A stretch of DNA of 64,000 nt from Nitrosopumilus sp. (lineage in GTDB: Archaea; Thermoproteota; Nitrososphaeria; Nitrososphaerales; Nitrosopumilaceae), in NCBI GenBank assembly GCA_965205425.1, contig CBDBGZ010000009.1, positions 96,001-160,000 on the forward strand, in the 5' to 3' direction. The notes beneath the pieces are model-generated. The model was given only the letters and a program-made list of their open reading frames with translations. It was not told where the DNA came from and searched no databases. A program made the translations under genes and the position numbers. Positions 40,013 to 50,493 of this stretch are shown here, piece after piece. Every line of letters begins with the position of its first letter. The stretch's first letter is position 1.

Positions 40013-40948
40013 TTACTTGAAAAATGTGACTGCCAAATATACAACATATCCAATTGTAAGACAAACCCCCATAGCCCTTCCAATTATTCCAGTTTTCAGA
40101 GCAATTAGAAGGGATAAACTGAAGATAATCATTATTGCATAGTCAACATAGACATCAGCGCCAACCATCACACCACCAAGGGCTGCACCCACTCCCATGA
40201 TCATCAAAATATTGTAAATATTACTTCCAATGATATTTCCAACGCCAATATCAGCATGACCCTTTCTAATTGCAATAATAGATGTAATTAATTCTGGAAG
40301 AGAGGTTCCAATTGCAATAACAGTTAATCCAATTATTTTTTCAGATAATCCAAATTCTGTAGCCAACACAACAGCATTATCAACTGTAAGTCTAGCACCA
40401 ATATACAAAAGAATAACACCTATGCCAATTAATCCAGCAGATTTTAGATATACATTATTTTTACCGGGTTCTGTTTTTTCTTTATTGTCTACTCTCTGCC
40501 TCATTGCATTTTTGAAGGTATAAAATGTAAACACCCCCAAGCCAACAAGCAATAAGAATCCATCATATTGAGAAAGTTCACCATCAATGGAAAGTAAAAC
40601 TAAAAGTAATGAAACCCCAAGCATTATTGGAATTTCTTTTTTTAAGATAGATTTTCTTACAACAAGTGGAACAAAGATTGCAGCAATACCAATAACCATA
40701 CCAACATTTGCAATATTACTTCCAATAATATTTCCAAGAATTATTGCACTGTGTTCTCCAGCTGCAGCAACACTTGCTGCAAGTTCAGGAGTTGAAGTAC
40801 CATATGCAACAATGGTCATTCCAATTATCAAGTTACTAATACGGAATTTTTTTGCGATTGTTACACCGCCGCTAACTAACCAGTTACCACCAAAACATAA
40901 CATAATTAATCCAACTACAGTTAGTATAGCACTTATTGCAATTTCCAC
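40013..40948 (-). CDS. Ca2+/Na+ antiporter (CaCA family)
   Basis: Two alpha repeats GTS.PE...GNIIGSNI. Confidence 0.93.
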   Translation of the reverse strand: MEIAISAILTVVGLIMLCFGGNWLVSGGVTIAKKFRISNLIIGMTIVAYGTSTPELAASVAAAGEHSAIILGNIIGSNIANVGMVIGIAAIFVPLVVRKSILKKEIPIMLGVSLLLVLLSIDGELSQYDGFLLLVGLGVFTFYTFKNAMRQRVDNKEKTEPGKNNVYLKSAGLIGIGVILLYIGARLTVDNAVVLATEFGLSEKIIGLTVIAIGTSLPELITSIIAIRKGHADIGVGNIIGSNIYNILMIMGVGAALGGVMVGADVYVDYAIMIIFSLSLLIALKTGIIGRAMGVCLTIGYVVYLAVTFFK

Positions 40949-41110
40949 AAATTGATTTTGAGTTTTGGTTGTTTAAATCAGGTGATATACTATAATTTCA
41001 CAATTCAAACAATTCAAGCTAATTCCAAAATAACCGATCTAGTCACGATCAGGTGTAAAAAAACCAGCTGAGAAGATCAACAAAACTCATATCAAACACT
41101 AATAAGGTAA

Positions 41111-41131
41111 CATACCGTACTATACGGTATG
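41111..41131. promoter_or_regulatory. Perfect 9-3-9 palindrome, candidate operator
   Basis: CATACCGTA-CTA-TACGGTATG, overlapping ATG 41129 and just downstream of TATA-like CTAATAAG. Confidence 0.6.
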
Positions 41132-41485
41132 ATGCGAGCAAGACTAACATATGTGCCACTAGAAGTGGCAGATCAATTTGAGGATTTTATCATACAAAGA
41201 GATGAACAAGTTCTCGATGCAGTAAAAGCAAGGACAAAAGATTACAGTACGTTATCTTTATTGAAATTATTATACCAATTAAGAGGAAGTCCCATGACAT
41301 TTTCTGATTTGTATTCAAAGTCAAAGATAAGAATGAAAAAATCATTTTTGAATTACTTACACTTGTGTGTAGACTACAAATTTATCGAAAAAGAAGCAGT
41401 AGGGGCAAATATGATCTACACAATTACAGACAAGGGAAGGGTCATGTTGAATCTATTCATGCAAAAAAATGATTATGCATGTTGA
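41129..41485 (+). CDS. Winged helix-turn-helix regulator
   Basis: MTFSDLY...SFLNYL...FIEK...Y.IT.KG wing pattern. Confidence 0.8.
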   Translation: MMRARLTYVPLEVADQFEDFIIQRDEQVLDAVKARTKDYSTLSLLKLLYQLRGSPMTFSDLYSKSKIRMKKSFLNYLHLCVDYKFIEKEAVGANMIYTITDKGRVMLNLFMQKNDYAC

Positions 41486-41520
41486 CAAAAGTAATTAATC
41501 AGAACAAATCGACGTAAACA

Positions 41521-42246
41521 GTGCAAAAAGAATTTCCAGAAGCTGAAGTCTTTGAAATCAAAAAGGCAGAATTAAAAAGTCCCATAATTTTTGCAGGATT
41601 TGTAGGAGCAGGTCTAGTAGGACCAGTTGCAATTAATCACATCATTGCAGAATTGGAAATGGATGAAATTGCAGTAATGAGATCAAAATATCTTCCACCA
41701 TCAACTGTTTTCATGAGAGGTAGATTGCGACACCCATTTCGATTTTATGCAAATAAAGAAGGAACCGTGTGTGCAATAATTTGTGAGATAACATTGAGAA
41801 TGGAGGGATTATACACATTGGTATCTTCAATTTTAGATTGGGCAGCCCAAAAAGGTTCCAAAGAAATTGTAATTTTAGACGGAGTTGCAAGTACAGAGCA
41901 TGATAATAAAGCATATTGTGCAGCAGAGGAAGATTTGGTAAGGACTATGGCAGACAAAGGCATCAGCATGATCCCACAAGGATTCATCACAGGAATACCA
42001 GGAGGTCTACTAAATGAGTGCCTAGTAAGGGAAATTCAAGGATTAACCCTATTGGCAAAAGCAAACAAAGAAGCACCAGATTCAGCAGCAGCTAAAACTC
42101 TGATAGAGGCAGTAAATCGATTCTATGATATGAAAATAGACACATCTGAACTGCAAAAAGAGAAAGACAGAATTCATTCAGAATTTAGCGAATTGTCTCA
42201 GAAATACGTAGAACACAGAGAAGAGATAGCTGGCATGTACATGTGA
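41521..42246 (+). CDS. PAC2-family proteasome assembly chaperone
   Basis: GF.GAGLVG, G.ITGIPG.LL, PD..AA, C-terminal MYM. Confidence 0.88.
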   Translation: MQKEFPEAEVFEIKKAELKSPIIFAGFVGAGLVGPVAINHIIAELEMDEIAVMRSKYLPPSTVFMRGRLRHPFRFYANKEGTVCAIICEITLRMEGLYTLVSSILDWAAQKGSKEIVILDGVASTEHDNKAYCAAEEDLVRTMADKGISMIPQGFITGIPGGLLNECLVREIQGLTLLAKANKEAPDSAAAKTLIEAVNRFYDMKIDTSELQKEKDRIHSEFSELSQKYVEHREEIAGMYM

Positions 42247-42295
42247 TCGAAACCATAGGCAAATTCTTTTATTCATATCAGATACGCAACAAACT

Positions 42296-43318
42296 ATGGC
42301 TCTGACCTACAAAAAAGCAGGTGTAGATATTTCTAAAATTAAACAGAGTCAAAAAGCAATTGGGAAATTAATTTCATCAACTCACAGACTACAGAAAAAA
42401 GCCAAGATGACACATGGGTTTGGCCATTATGCAGGAATTGTAGAGATTCCAGGTGGAAAACTTTTGGCCACACATACTGATGGAGTTGGAACCAAAGTAA
42501 TAATTGCAAATATGATGAAAAAATACAACACAATAGGAATTGATTGTGTTGCAATGAATGTAAATGATATAATCTGTATTGGGGCAACACCAATTTCATT
42601 TGTAGATTACATTGCTGCAAACAAAAATGATGTACCAATATTTAAAAAAATTGTAGAGGGACTAGTAACAGGTGCAAAAAAATCTGCAATGCCAATTGTG
42701 GGTGGAGAAACTGCAATCATGCCAGATGTGATTGAAGGAAATGGATTTGCATTTGATTTAGCAGGAATGATAGTAGGATTATTAGAGAAAAAAGAAATGG
42801 TTCTTGGAAATAAAATCAAAACAGGAGATGTGATTATCGGAGTGAATAGTTCAGGAATTCATTCTAATGGATATTCACTTGCAAGGAAGGCATTACTAAC
42901 AAAATATTCAGTTAAAGACAAAGTCAAAGGAGTAGGAGTGATAGGGGATGCATTGCTAAAACCAACTGAAATTTACACAAAACCAGTTCTTGAGATTAAT
43001 CAAAAATGTAAAGTTAATGGATTTGCACACATTACAGGTGGGGCATTTACCAAACTATTACGCCTCAAAAACATAGGATATGATATTGATTCACTTCCAA
43101 AAATCCCACCAATTATGGGATTAGTAGAAGAACAAGGAGTAAAACCAGAAGAGATGTACAAGACATTCAATATGGGAGTGGGATTTTGTGTAGTTGCACC
43201 AAAAAACCAAGCAACTAGAATCAAATCAATATTCAAAAAACACAAAATTTCAAGTCAGGAAATTGGACAGATCGTTTCTAAAAAAGGTGTTTTTGTAAAT
43301 TCTACAAAAATTGCTTAA
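42296..43318 (+). CDS. purM: Phosphoribosylformylglycinamidine cyclo-ligase
   Basis: TDGVGTK, GGETAIMP, SSGIHSNG, HITGG, TFNMG. Confidence 0.96.
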   Translation: MALTYKKAGVDISKIKQSQKAIGKLISSTHRLQKKAKMTHGFGHYAGIVEIPGGKLLATHTDGVGTKVIIANMMKKYNTIGIDCVAMNVNDIICIGATPISFVDYIAANKNDVPIFKKIVEGLVTGAKKSAMPIVGGETAIMPDVIEGNGFAFDLAGMIVGLLEKKEMVLGNKIKTGDVIIGVNSSGIHSNGYSLARKALLTKYSVKDKVKGVGVIGDALLKPTEIYTKPVLEINQKCKVNGFAHITGGAFTKLLRLKNIGYDIDSLPKIPPIMGLVEEQGVKPEEMYKTFNMGVGFCVVAPKNQATRIKSIFKKHKISSQEIGQIVSKKGVFVNSTKIA

Positions 43319-43392
43319 TTTAACAACAACAAAATAATTTTTGATTCAGTATCACCTTATATGACAGATTTCTCAGCATTAATCAGGAAAAG

Positions 43393-44652
43393 ATGGCAGC
43401 AGAAGCACAATTCATTGAGACAATTATCGGAGTAGGAATTCTACTTTTTGCAGCCAAATTAATGGCAGAGCTTTTCCTCAGATTAAAACTTCCAATTGTG
43501 TTAGGAGAATTATTAGCAGGAATGATTGTAGGACCATTTGCACTAGGGGCATTCTTTGTAGTGGATGGAAAGCAATTACTCCAAATTAATGATGAAATCA
43601 AAATACTTGGGGAAATGGGCGCAATCGTAATTTTGTTTATGGCAGGACTTGAGATGACTCCAAAAGAATTTCTCAGAGGAGGGAAAGCATCGTTTACAGT
43701 TGGAACGTTAGGAGTAGTAGTTCCATTTTTTGCAGGATTAGTAGTATTTCAAATGTTTGGATTTGAAGCATTAGAATCAATGCTAATTGCAACAGCGCTT
43801 ACAGCAACAAGTATTGCAATTTCAATTCAAGTACTAAGTGAATTTGGGAAAATCAAAACTCCAGAAGCAAGACTCATCATTGGAGCAGCAGTAGTTGATG
43901 ATATTCTAGCAATTGCAGTATTGTCAGTAGTCATATCAATTACAGGTTCAGATGCAGGAATTGAAAGTATAGACATTACAGAAGTTACAATCACAATTTT
44001 GAAAGTGTTGGGATTCTTTGCAATAATGCTTATTGTAGCAGTTGTTGTAATTCCAAAAATAATCACACCAAGGTTATGGAAGGCAAAGGGAAGTGTAGAA
44101 GGAATAGCGACGGCATCTTTCTTTGGTGCGGCTGCACTAGCAGGTTCGATTGGACTATCACCGATAGTGGGAGCGTTTGCAGTAGGAATGGCATTATCAA
44201 CCACAAAAGTATTTGAGAAAATTGAAAATTATATTGGGAAAATAGGATTAATTTTTGCGCCGTTGTTCTTTGCAATTATCGGAGCACAAGTCGACTTGAG
44301 AGCAGTTAATTTTGAGATTTTGGTGATAAGTGCCGTAGTTATCATAGTTGCAGTTGTAACAAAATTAGGCGGTTGTGGATTACCAGCAATGTTCTTTTTG
44401 AAAAGCAAGGCACAAGGAATGAGAGTAGGAATAGGAATGATCTCCAGAGGGGAAGTTGGATTAATCGTAGCAGGGGTAGGGGTTACAGCTGGAGTTTTAA
44501 CATCAGAAGTCTACTCTACAATTGTAATCATGGTAGCAGTAACTACAATCATTACACCAATTTGGTTGAAAATGGAATACAGAAAAGAGCAGAAAAAAGG
44601 AAACGGTGATGATACAATATCTAGAAAAAGCATAGACAAAAAACCCGAATAA
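43393..44652 (+). CDS. Cation:proton antiporter (CPA2)
   Basis: GELLAG...GP, ATS, AAVVDD, RGEV; about 12 TMs. Confidence 0.92.
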   Translation: MAAEAQFIETIIGVGILLFAAKLMAELFLRLKLPIVLGELLAGMIVGPFALGAFFVVDGKQLLQINDEIKILGEMGAIVILFMAGLEMTPKEFLRGGKASFTVGTLGVVVPFFAGLVVFQMFGFEALESMLIATALTATSIAISIQVLSEFGKIKTPEARLIIGAAVVDDILAIAVLSVVISITGSDAGIESIDITEVTITILKVLGFFAIMLIVAVVVIPKIITPRLWKAKGSVEGIATASFFGAAALAGSIGLSPIVGAFAVGMALSTTKVFEKIENYIGKIGLIFAPLFFAIIGAQVDLRAVNFEILVISAVVIIVAVVTKLGGCGLPAMFFLKSKAQGMRVGIGMISRGEVGLIVAGVGVTAGVLTSEVYSTIVIMVAVTTIITPIWLKMEYRKEQKKGNGDDTISRKSIDKKPE

Positions 44653-44699
44653 ATCCTCAACAAGTCTTAAATTACATAGAAAATTCTTCATGTCAACTC

Positions 44700-45071
44700 A
44701 TGTCAGAGACAAATAACGATTCATTTAGAGTAGAAATGATTGCAGAGATTAAAAGAATACAATCAGAATTAAACGAACTAAAAGATATCAAAAAAATGGC
44801 GGTTAGAAAACCAGCTAGAAAGACTGCAGCAAAGAAAAAGGTAGTAAAGAGAAAGACTGCAGCAAAGAAAAAGGTAGTAAAGAGAAAGACTGCAGCAAAG
44901 AAAAAGGTAGTAAAGAGAAAGACTGCAGCAAAGAAAAAGGTAGTAAAGAGAAAGACTGCAGCAAAGAAAAAGGTAGTAAAGAGAAAGACTGCAGCAAAGA
45001 AAAAGGTAGTAAAGAGAAAACCAGCTAGAAAGACTGCCAAGCTCAAAAGAAAGACAACTAGGCGTAGATAG
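44700..45071 (+). CDS. Histone H1-like Lys/Arg-rich repeat protein
   Basis: (RKTAAKKKVVK)x6; alternative start at 44796. Confidence 0.75.
   Translation: MSETNNDSFRVEMIAEIKRIQSELNELKDIKKMAVRKPARKTAAKKKVVKRKTAAKKKVVKRKTAAKKKVVKRKTAAKKKVVKRKTAAKKKVVKRKTAAKKKVVKRKPARKTAKLKRKTTRRR
44817..45014 (+). repeat. Six perfect 33-bp tandem repeats (coding)
   Basis: AGAAAGACTGCAGCAAAGAAAAAGGTAGTAAAG x6. Confidence 0.95.
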
Positions 45072-45127
45072 ACAGCAGATATCCTAAATTATTTAACGAA
45101 TTTATGTCCAAATTAGTATGATTATTC

Positions 45128-46714
45128 ATGAATAAGCTAGACCCTGTTGTATCCAAAGCATGTAATGAGATAACTCAGAATCTTCTAACAATTCAAGAGC
45201 CTAGCAAAAAACAGGTAAAAGAAGAAATCATAAAAATTTGTACAAAATATGCACTAGAAAGAATTCCAAGAAATTATGAAATTCTATCCATGGCAAAAGA
45301 AGCAGATTTTGATAAATTAAAAAAAGTATTGTTAAGAAAGCCTGCAAAAACAGCATCAGGGGTATCAGTAGTTGCATTAATGCCAAAACCATATGCGTGT
45401 CCACATGGACGGTGTACATATTGTCCAGGAGGTATTGAGTTTAATTCTCCTAACAGTTACACCGGAAAAGAACCATCATCACTAAACGCAATAGAAAATG
45501 AATTTGATCCTAAATTACAAATCACATCAAAGATTGAAAAATTAATTGCGTTTGGACATGATCCATCTAAAATGGAAATAGTAATTGTAGGAGGAACATT
45601 TTTGTTTATGCCAAAAGATTATCAAAAAGATTTCATAAAATCATGCTACGATGCTCTTAATGGAACAAATTCAAAAAATTTAGAAGAAGCAAAATCAAAT
45701 AACGAACATGCATCAATAAGGAATGTAGGATTTACAATTGAAACAAAACCAGATTATTGTAAACAAGAACATGTAGATTTAATGTTAAGTTATGGAATTA
45801 CAAGAATAGAGATTGGAGTTCAATCGTTACAAGAACGAGTTTACAAAATAGTCAATAGAGGTCACAATTATAATGATGTCGTAGAATCATTTCAGATTTC
45901 AAAGGATGCAGGATATAAAATTGTGGCACATATGATGCCAGGATTACCAACGATGACACCAGAAGGAGACATTGCAGATTTTAAAAAATTATTTTCAGAC
46001 CCACAGTTACGTCCAGACATGTTGAAAATTTATCCCTCACTAGTAATTGAGAATACTCCACTGTATGAAGAACACAAACAAGGAAAATACACACCATATT
46101 CAGATGAGGATATGATCAAAGTACTAACCGAGGCTAAAAAAAATGTTCCAAAATGGGTTAGAATTATGAGAGTTCAAAGGGAAATTTCTCCAAAGGAGAT
46201 CATTGCAGGCCCAAAATCAGGTAATTTGAGACAAATCGTGCATCAAAATCTGGCAAAACAAGGTCTTTCATGCAAATGTATCAGGTGTAGGGAAGCAGGA
46301 CTATCAAATAAGAAAACAGATGGAGGAGATGTAAAATTAAACCGAATTAACTATGACTCATCAGGAGGAAAAGAAGTATTCTTGTCTTATGAAGACAAAA
46401 ATGAATCAATCTATGGATTTTTGAGATTAAGAAAACCAAGTGCGGATGCACATAGGGATGAAATTAATCAAGACGCATGTATCGTAAGAGAGATTCACGT
46501 GTATGGAAAATCCTTAAAGTTGGGAGAAAAAGGAGAAGGCGAAATTCAACATTCAGGATTAGGAAAAAATTTGATGAAAGAAGCTGAAAAAATATCTAAA
46601 GAAGAATTTGATGCAAAGAAAATTCTAGTAATTAGTGCCGTAGGTACACGAGAATATTATCAAAAATTAGGGTATTCGTTATATGGGCCATACATGTTCA
46701 AATCATTGAACTAG
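45128..46714 (+). CDS. elp3: tRNA uridine(34) carboxymethyltransferase Elp3 (radical SAM + GNAT)
   Basis: CPHGRCTYCPGG, GGTF, ETKPD, REIHVYG, QHSGLG. Confidence 0.95.
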   Translation: MNKLDPVVSKACNEITQNLLTIQEPSKKQVKEEIIKICTKYALERIPRNYEILSMAKEADFDKLKKVLLRKPAKTASGVSVVALMPKPYACPHGRCTYCPGGIEFNSPNSYTGKEPSSLNAIENEFDPKLQITSKIEKLIAFGHDPSKMEIVIVGGTFLFMPKDYQKDFIKSCYDALNGTNSKNLEEAKSNNEHASIRNVGFTIETKPDYCKQEHVDLMLSYGITRIEIGVQSLQERVYKIVNRGHNYNDVVESFQISKDAGYKIVAHMMPGLPTMTPEGDIADFKKLFSDPQLRPDMLKIYPSLVIENTPLYEEHKQGKYTPYSDEDMIKVLTEAKKNVPKWVRIMRVQREISPKEIIAGPKSGNLRQIVHQNLAKQGLSCKCIRCREAGLSNKKTDGGDVKLNRINYDSSGGKEVFLSYEDKNESIYGFLRLRKPSADAHRDEINQDACIVREIHVYGKSLKLGEKGEGEIQHSGLGKNLMKEAEKISKEEFDAKKILVISAVGTREYYQKLGYSLYGPYMFKSLN

Positions 46715-46723
46715 TGATAAGAA

Positions 46724-48313
46724 ATGGTAGAGCAAGAAATAATTGGCAAAGGAACTTGGATTGACAAATTAGCTTCAGAATTACTTGAACGTGAAAAAGC
46801 ACTTGGAAGAAACACAGATCTTCTTAGAGTAGAAAGTGGTCTTGGCGCATCTGGCATTCCACATATTGGAAGTTTAGGAGATGCTGTCAGAGCATATGGT
46901 GTAAAATTAGCATTAGAAAATTTGGGATACAAATCAGAATTAATTGCATATTCAGATGATCTTGATGGTTTGAGAAAGATTCCAGAGGGAATGCAAGAAT
47001 TTGGATTAGAAGAACATATTGCAAAACCAGTATCGCTTATTCCAGATCCTTATGGATGTCACGATTCTTACGGAATGCATATGAGCAGTATTCTATTAGA
47101 AGGATTAGAGAAGGTTGGAATAAAATATGAATTTAGGAGAGCAGTTGACACTTACAAACAAGGATTACTAAAAGATCAAATCCACATAATATTACAAAAC
47201 AGTACAAAGATTGGAGATAAAATTTCAGAACTAGTAGGACAAGAGAAATATCAAAAATATTTGCCATATTTCCCAGTTTGTGCAAATTGTAATCGCCTCT
47301 ATACAGCAGAAGCTACAGAGTACATTGCAGACGAAAAGAAAGTGAAATATACTTGCCACGATACAGAAATTGGCTCAAAGATGGTCAAAGGATGTGGGCA
47401 TGTAGGAGAGGCAGATATTGGAAAAGACCTAGGAAAACTAGCCTGGAAAGTAGAATTTGCAGCAAGATGGACTGCATTTGACATTAGATTTGAGGCATAT
47501 GGTAAAGACATCATGGATTCTGTAAAAGTAAATGACTGGGTAGCAGATGAAATTTTAGAATTCCCACATCCACACCATGTAAAATATGAAATGTTTCTAG
47601 ACAAAGGTGGAAAAAAGATTTCAAAATCATTAGGAAATGTCATCACTGCACAAAAATGGTTAGAATTTGGCAGTCCAAAATCAATTCTATTATTATTATA
47701 CAAAAGAATCACAGGTGCAAGAGAATTAGGATTTGATGACATTCCATCATTAATGGCAGAGTATAATGAGCTTGAAGATATTTACTTTGGACGAATCAAA
47801 GTGGATAATCAAGCAAAACTGATAAAATCAAAAGGCTTGTATGAATATGTAAATCTTCTAAATCCACCTAAACAATCAAGCACACATGTAAACTATAGAC
47901 TTGCAATTGAATTAGCTAAAATTTTCAAAGAAAACAGAGCAGAACGAGTAATGAAGAAACTATTAGATTATGGTGTAATTAAAAATCCAGAACCAGCGAT
48001 AGAAAAACTCATTGAACTAGCAGGAAACTATTCAGATGAATTTGATGAACAAGAAAAAATACAAGTTGATTTGGATGAAACTGCAAAAAAGGCATTAAAA
48101 CTACTAGTTGATGAATTAGGTGGAGATAAAGAACTGGAAGATATTCAAAATACAATATATCAAATTGCAAAAGCCAACAATGTACAACCAAAAGATTTCT
48201 TTAAAATATTATATCAAATAATTCTTGGAACTTCAAGAGGTCCAAAAATAGGTCCATTCATTTCAGATATTGGAAGAAAACAAGTAGCAAAAACACTTTC
48301 AGAGTATACATAA
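46724..48313 (+). CDS. lysS: Class I lysyl-tRNA synthetase
   Basis: SG.PHIGS, WKVEFAARW, KISKSLGN, GPKIG. Confidence 0.96.
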   Translation: MVEQEIIGKGTWIDKLASELLEREKALGRNTDLLRVESGLGASGIPHIGSLGDAVRAYGVKLALENLGYKSELIAYSDDLDGLRKIPEGMQEFGLEEHIAKPVSLIPDPYGCHDSYGMHMSSILLEGLEKVGIKYEFRRAVDTYKQGLLKDQIHIILQNSTKIGDKISELVGQEKYQKYLPYFPVCANCNRLYTAEATEYIADEKKVKYTCHDTEIGSKMVKGCGHVGEADIGKDLGKLAWKVEFAARWTAFDIRFEAYGKDIMDSVKVNDWVADEILEFPHPHHVKYEMFLDKGGKKISKSLGNVITAQKWLEFGSPKSILLLLYKRITGARELGFDDIPSLMAEYNELEDIYFGRIKVDNQAKLIKSKGLYEYVNLLNPPKQSSTHVNYRLAIELAKIFKENRAERVMKKLLDYGVIKNPEPAIEKLIELAGNYSDEFDEQEKIQVDLDETAKKALKLLVDELGGDKELEDIQNTIYQIAKANNVQPKDFFKILYQIILGTSRGPKIGPFISDIGRKQVAKTLSEYT

Positions 48314-48315
48314 TC

Positions 48316-48516
48316 ATGGTTCACGGAGAACATAACAGATCAAAAAATAGCGGAGGTTTTGCATTAATCATACTGGGAGCATTACTGCTATTTCTTGCCC
48401 CACAAGAGGCTGTAACCGAGACGGGATTAGGTCCAATTGGATGGATTGCAGGAATCGTCATAGGAGGGATAGGATTTTATCTGAAATTCTTTAGATGGCG
48501 AGTCAAAAAAGGATAA
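48316..48516 (+). CDS. Small two-TM membrane protein
   Basis: 66 aa, two hydrophobic segments. Confidence 0.6.
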   Translation: MVHGEHNRSKNSGGFALIILGALLLFLAPQEAVTETGLGPIGWIAGIVIGGIGFYLKFFRWRVKKG

Positions 48517-48552
48517 GAAAGGTTCATCTTTTGGAGAAAATCTGGTAGAGAC

Positions 48553-49323
48553 ATGGGGTTTTTTGGGAAAAAGAAAGTAATAGAAGAAACGCCAGATGCT
48601 AATGAAGAAGTTATTCTAAAAGAAGATCTCGAATCAGAAGTTGAAAAACTGCAAAAAGAATTTAGAGAAAAACAAGAGCAATTAGATGACATTTCAGAAA
48701 AAATCACTACTGTGAAAGAAGAATATGATTCAACTGTGAGCAGCCTTATGCTGGTAAAAAAAGAGTTGAATCAAAAAAAGATGGAATTAGATATTATCAA
48801 ACGAGAATACAGAGAAACTAGGGAGAAGAATAAAAAAGCAGAATTAATCAAAGGTTCAGAATCAATTGACAAATTTAAGAAAACAGAAGGGGCTCATTCA
48901 AAAATAAAAGAAGAAGTAGATGAATTTACAAAAAAACGTAAAGAAATCAAAGAGCAAGTAGAACAAGAACAAGCTGCATTGCACAATATCAAAAAACAAC
49001 AAGTGGAAGTTGAAAAAGAATTAGAGGAAGCCAATTCAAGATTATACAATGCAAAAGAAGAATTGGATAAAAAAGACACTTTTGAAGATACAAGTATTCT
49101 AACTCCGTCTGAAAAAGAATTCATTGGAGCAGATGGTAAAGATCAAAAAAGTTCTGCAGGTATTATTGAGGCTGCAAGTGCAGTAGTAGGCTCATTAAAA
49201 TCAAAACTCAATACAACACAAAAAGAATTAGATGCAATACAAACACTTCTAGAAAAAGAAAGAGAAGAGCATGAAAATACTAGAAAAAAATTAGAAAAAT
49301 TAAAACAATCTACAAAATCATAA
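48553..49323 (+). CDS. Coiled-coil protein
   Basis: E/K-rich heptads, N-terminal MGFFGKKK. Confidence 0.75.
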   Translation: MGFFGKKKVIEETPDANEEVILKEDLESEVEKLQKEFREKQEQLDDISEKITTVKEEYDSTVSSLMLVKKELNQKKMELDIIKREYRETREKNKKAELIKGSESIDKFKKTEGAHSKIKEEVDEFTKKRKEIKEQVEQEQAALHNIKKQQVEVEKELEEANSRLYNAKEELDKKDTFEDTSILTPSEKEFIGADGKDQKSSAGIIEAASAVVGSLKSKLNTTQKELDAIQTLLEKEREEHENTRKKLEKLKQSTKS

Positions 49324-49758
49324 ATTTGTAAAATGTTTTTGCCATTTTGATTTTATTTCTTCTTCTGAAACACCAAGATCATACAGTGGAGAAATGACAT
49401 CAGACACATTAGAAACATCAACTAATACAATTGAGTGGATTGGACTCTTAATTCCATTTTCTCTATAATGATTCAATATTTCTTGATATAGAAATCCATC
49501 TTCAAGTACAGTGGCTTTACCTTGAAACAAATATCCCTTACGAAGAAGAGGATCAATTACATTAATTTCTACATCAGGATTATCTTTTAGATTCTTCATA
49601 GTATCAGGAGAGCGAATATCTGCAAATGCTAATGTGTTACCAGTCCAGCCAATGATAGTTCCTTTTGGAGAAATATTTGGTTTGCCATCAGATGTTACAG
49701 TAGCAACATATCCAAGTTTTTGTAAATTCAAAAAATCTTTAATTTCTTCAGTAATCAT
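49318..49758 (-). CDS. Pyridoxamine 5'-phosphate oxidase-like FMN/F420-binding split-barrel protein
   Basis: VATVTSDGKPNISPKG, T..NL..NP.V. Confidence 0.88.
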   Translation of the reverse strand: MITEEIKDFLNLQKLGYVATVTSDGKPNISPKGTIIGWTGNTLAFADIRSPDTMKNLKDNPDVEINVIDPLLRKGYLFQGKATVLEDGFLYQEILNHYRENGIKSPIHSIVLVDVSNVSDVISPLYDLGVSEEEIKSKWQKHFTNL

Positions 49759-49797
49759 AAAAATTATTTTAAAATAGAATGTATTTAGTTTTCACAA

Positions 49798-49896
49798 TTA
49801 TCGCATAAATTCTGCCATCTCAATTGAGAAGAAGAAAAATGCAATTCCGCCACCAATTATTCCAACCCAGGCAGCAATTTGTTTAATTTTAGACAT
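49798..49896 (-). CDS. 32-aa single-TM microprotein (not in ORF track)
   Basis: MSKIKQIAAWVGIIGGGIAFFFFSIEMAEFMR*. Confidence 0.5.
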   Translation of the reverse strand: MSKIKQIAAWVGIIGGGIAFFFFSIEMAEFMR

Positions 49897-49979
49897 TTAA
49901 AAAGAAACTTTCAAACTCATTATTGAATCTAATTGCTTACCTCAGACAATTATAATTAGACTGAGAGAGTAAAAACAGC

Positions 49980-50129
49980 ATGTCAAGCATTAAAGATATT
50001 GGAAAATTATTCTTATTCCTAGTTACAGGGTTAGTAGCCATAATTGTAGGATCATTTATGGTTAGAGGTACAATGCACATGTGGGACAAACCAGGCGAAA
50101 ATAAAAAAGACCGAAAGAAAAAGGACTAA
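49980..50129 (+). CDS. 49-aa single-TM microprotein (not in ORF track)
   Basis: MSSIKDIGKLFLFLVTGLVAIIVGSFMVRG...KKDRKKKD*. Confidence 0.6.
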   Translation: MSSIKDIGKLFLFLVTGLVAIIVGSFMVRGTMHMWDKPGENKKDRKKKD

Positions 50130-50158
50130 AATGCAAGTTCTTTTAATTTGTATTTGAG

Positions 50159-50458
50159 TTGTTACAAGATTCAACAATTAGAAAATCATTAGATCAATAT
50201 ATTCAAAGAAGAATTTTAGAAATTCCTACCGAAATCAAACAAACATTTCCAGGAATCAAACAAATTTGGAAATGTGAAAATGAAAGTGATTTTCTATACG
50301 GATACTATGTAGGAAAAATTGAGGAAGGAGCTTTGCATTATTTACTTAAAGCAACTCGAGCATCAGCAGGCGGGTATGTAGACACTTTTGAGATAAGAGG
50401 CATAATTGAAACTCAGAAAAAAGATTTGCAAGAAGCAATAAAATCAGCAATCAATTAG
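50159..50458 (+). CDS. Hypothetical protein
   Basis: 99-aa ORF with DFLYGYYVG. Confidence 0.7.
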   Translation: MLQDSTIRKSLDQYIQRRILEIPTEIKQTFPGIKQIWKCENESDFLYGYYVGKIEEGALHYLLKATRASAGGYVDTFEIRGIIETQKKDLQEAIKSAIN

Positions 50459-50493
50459 TGAAGTAAAAATAGAGCCTCAGTTTAGAGAAATAC

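Noticed and set aside
44817..45014. CRISPR array
   Set aside because: Head-to-tail coding repeats with no spacers
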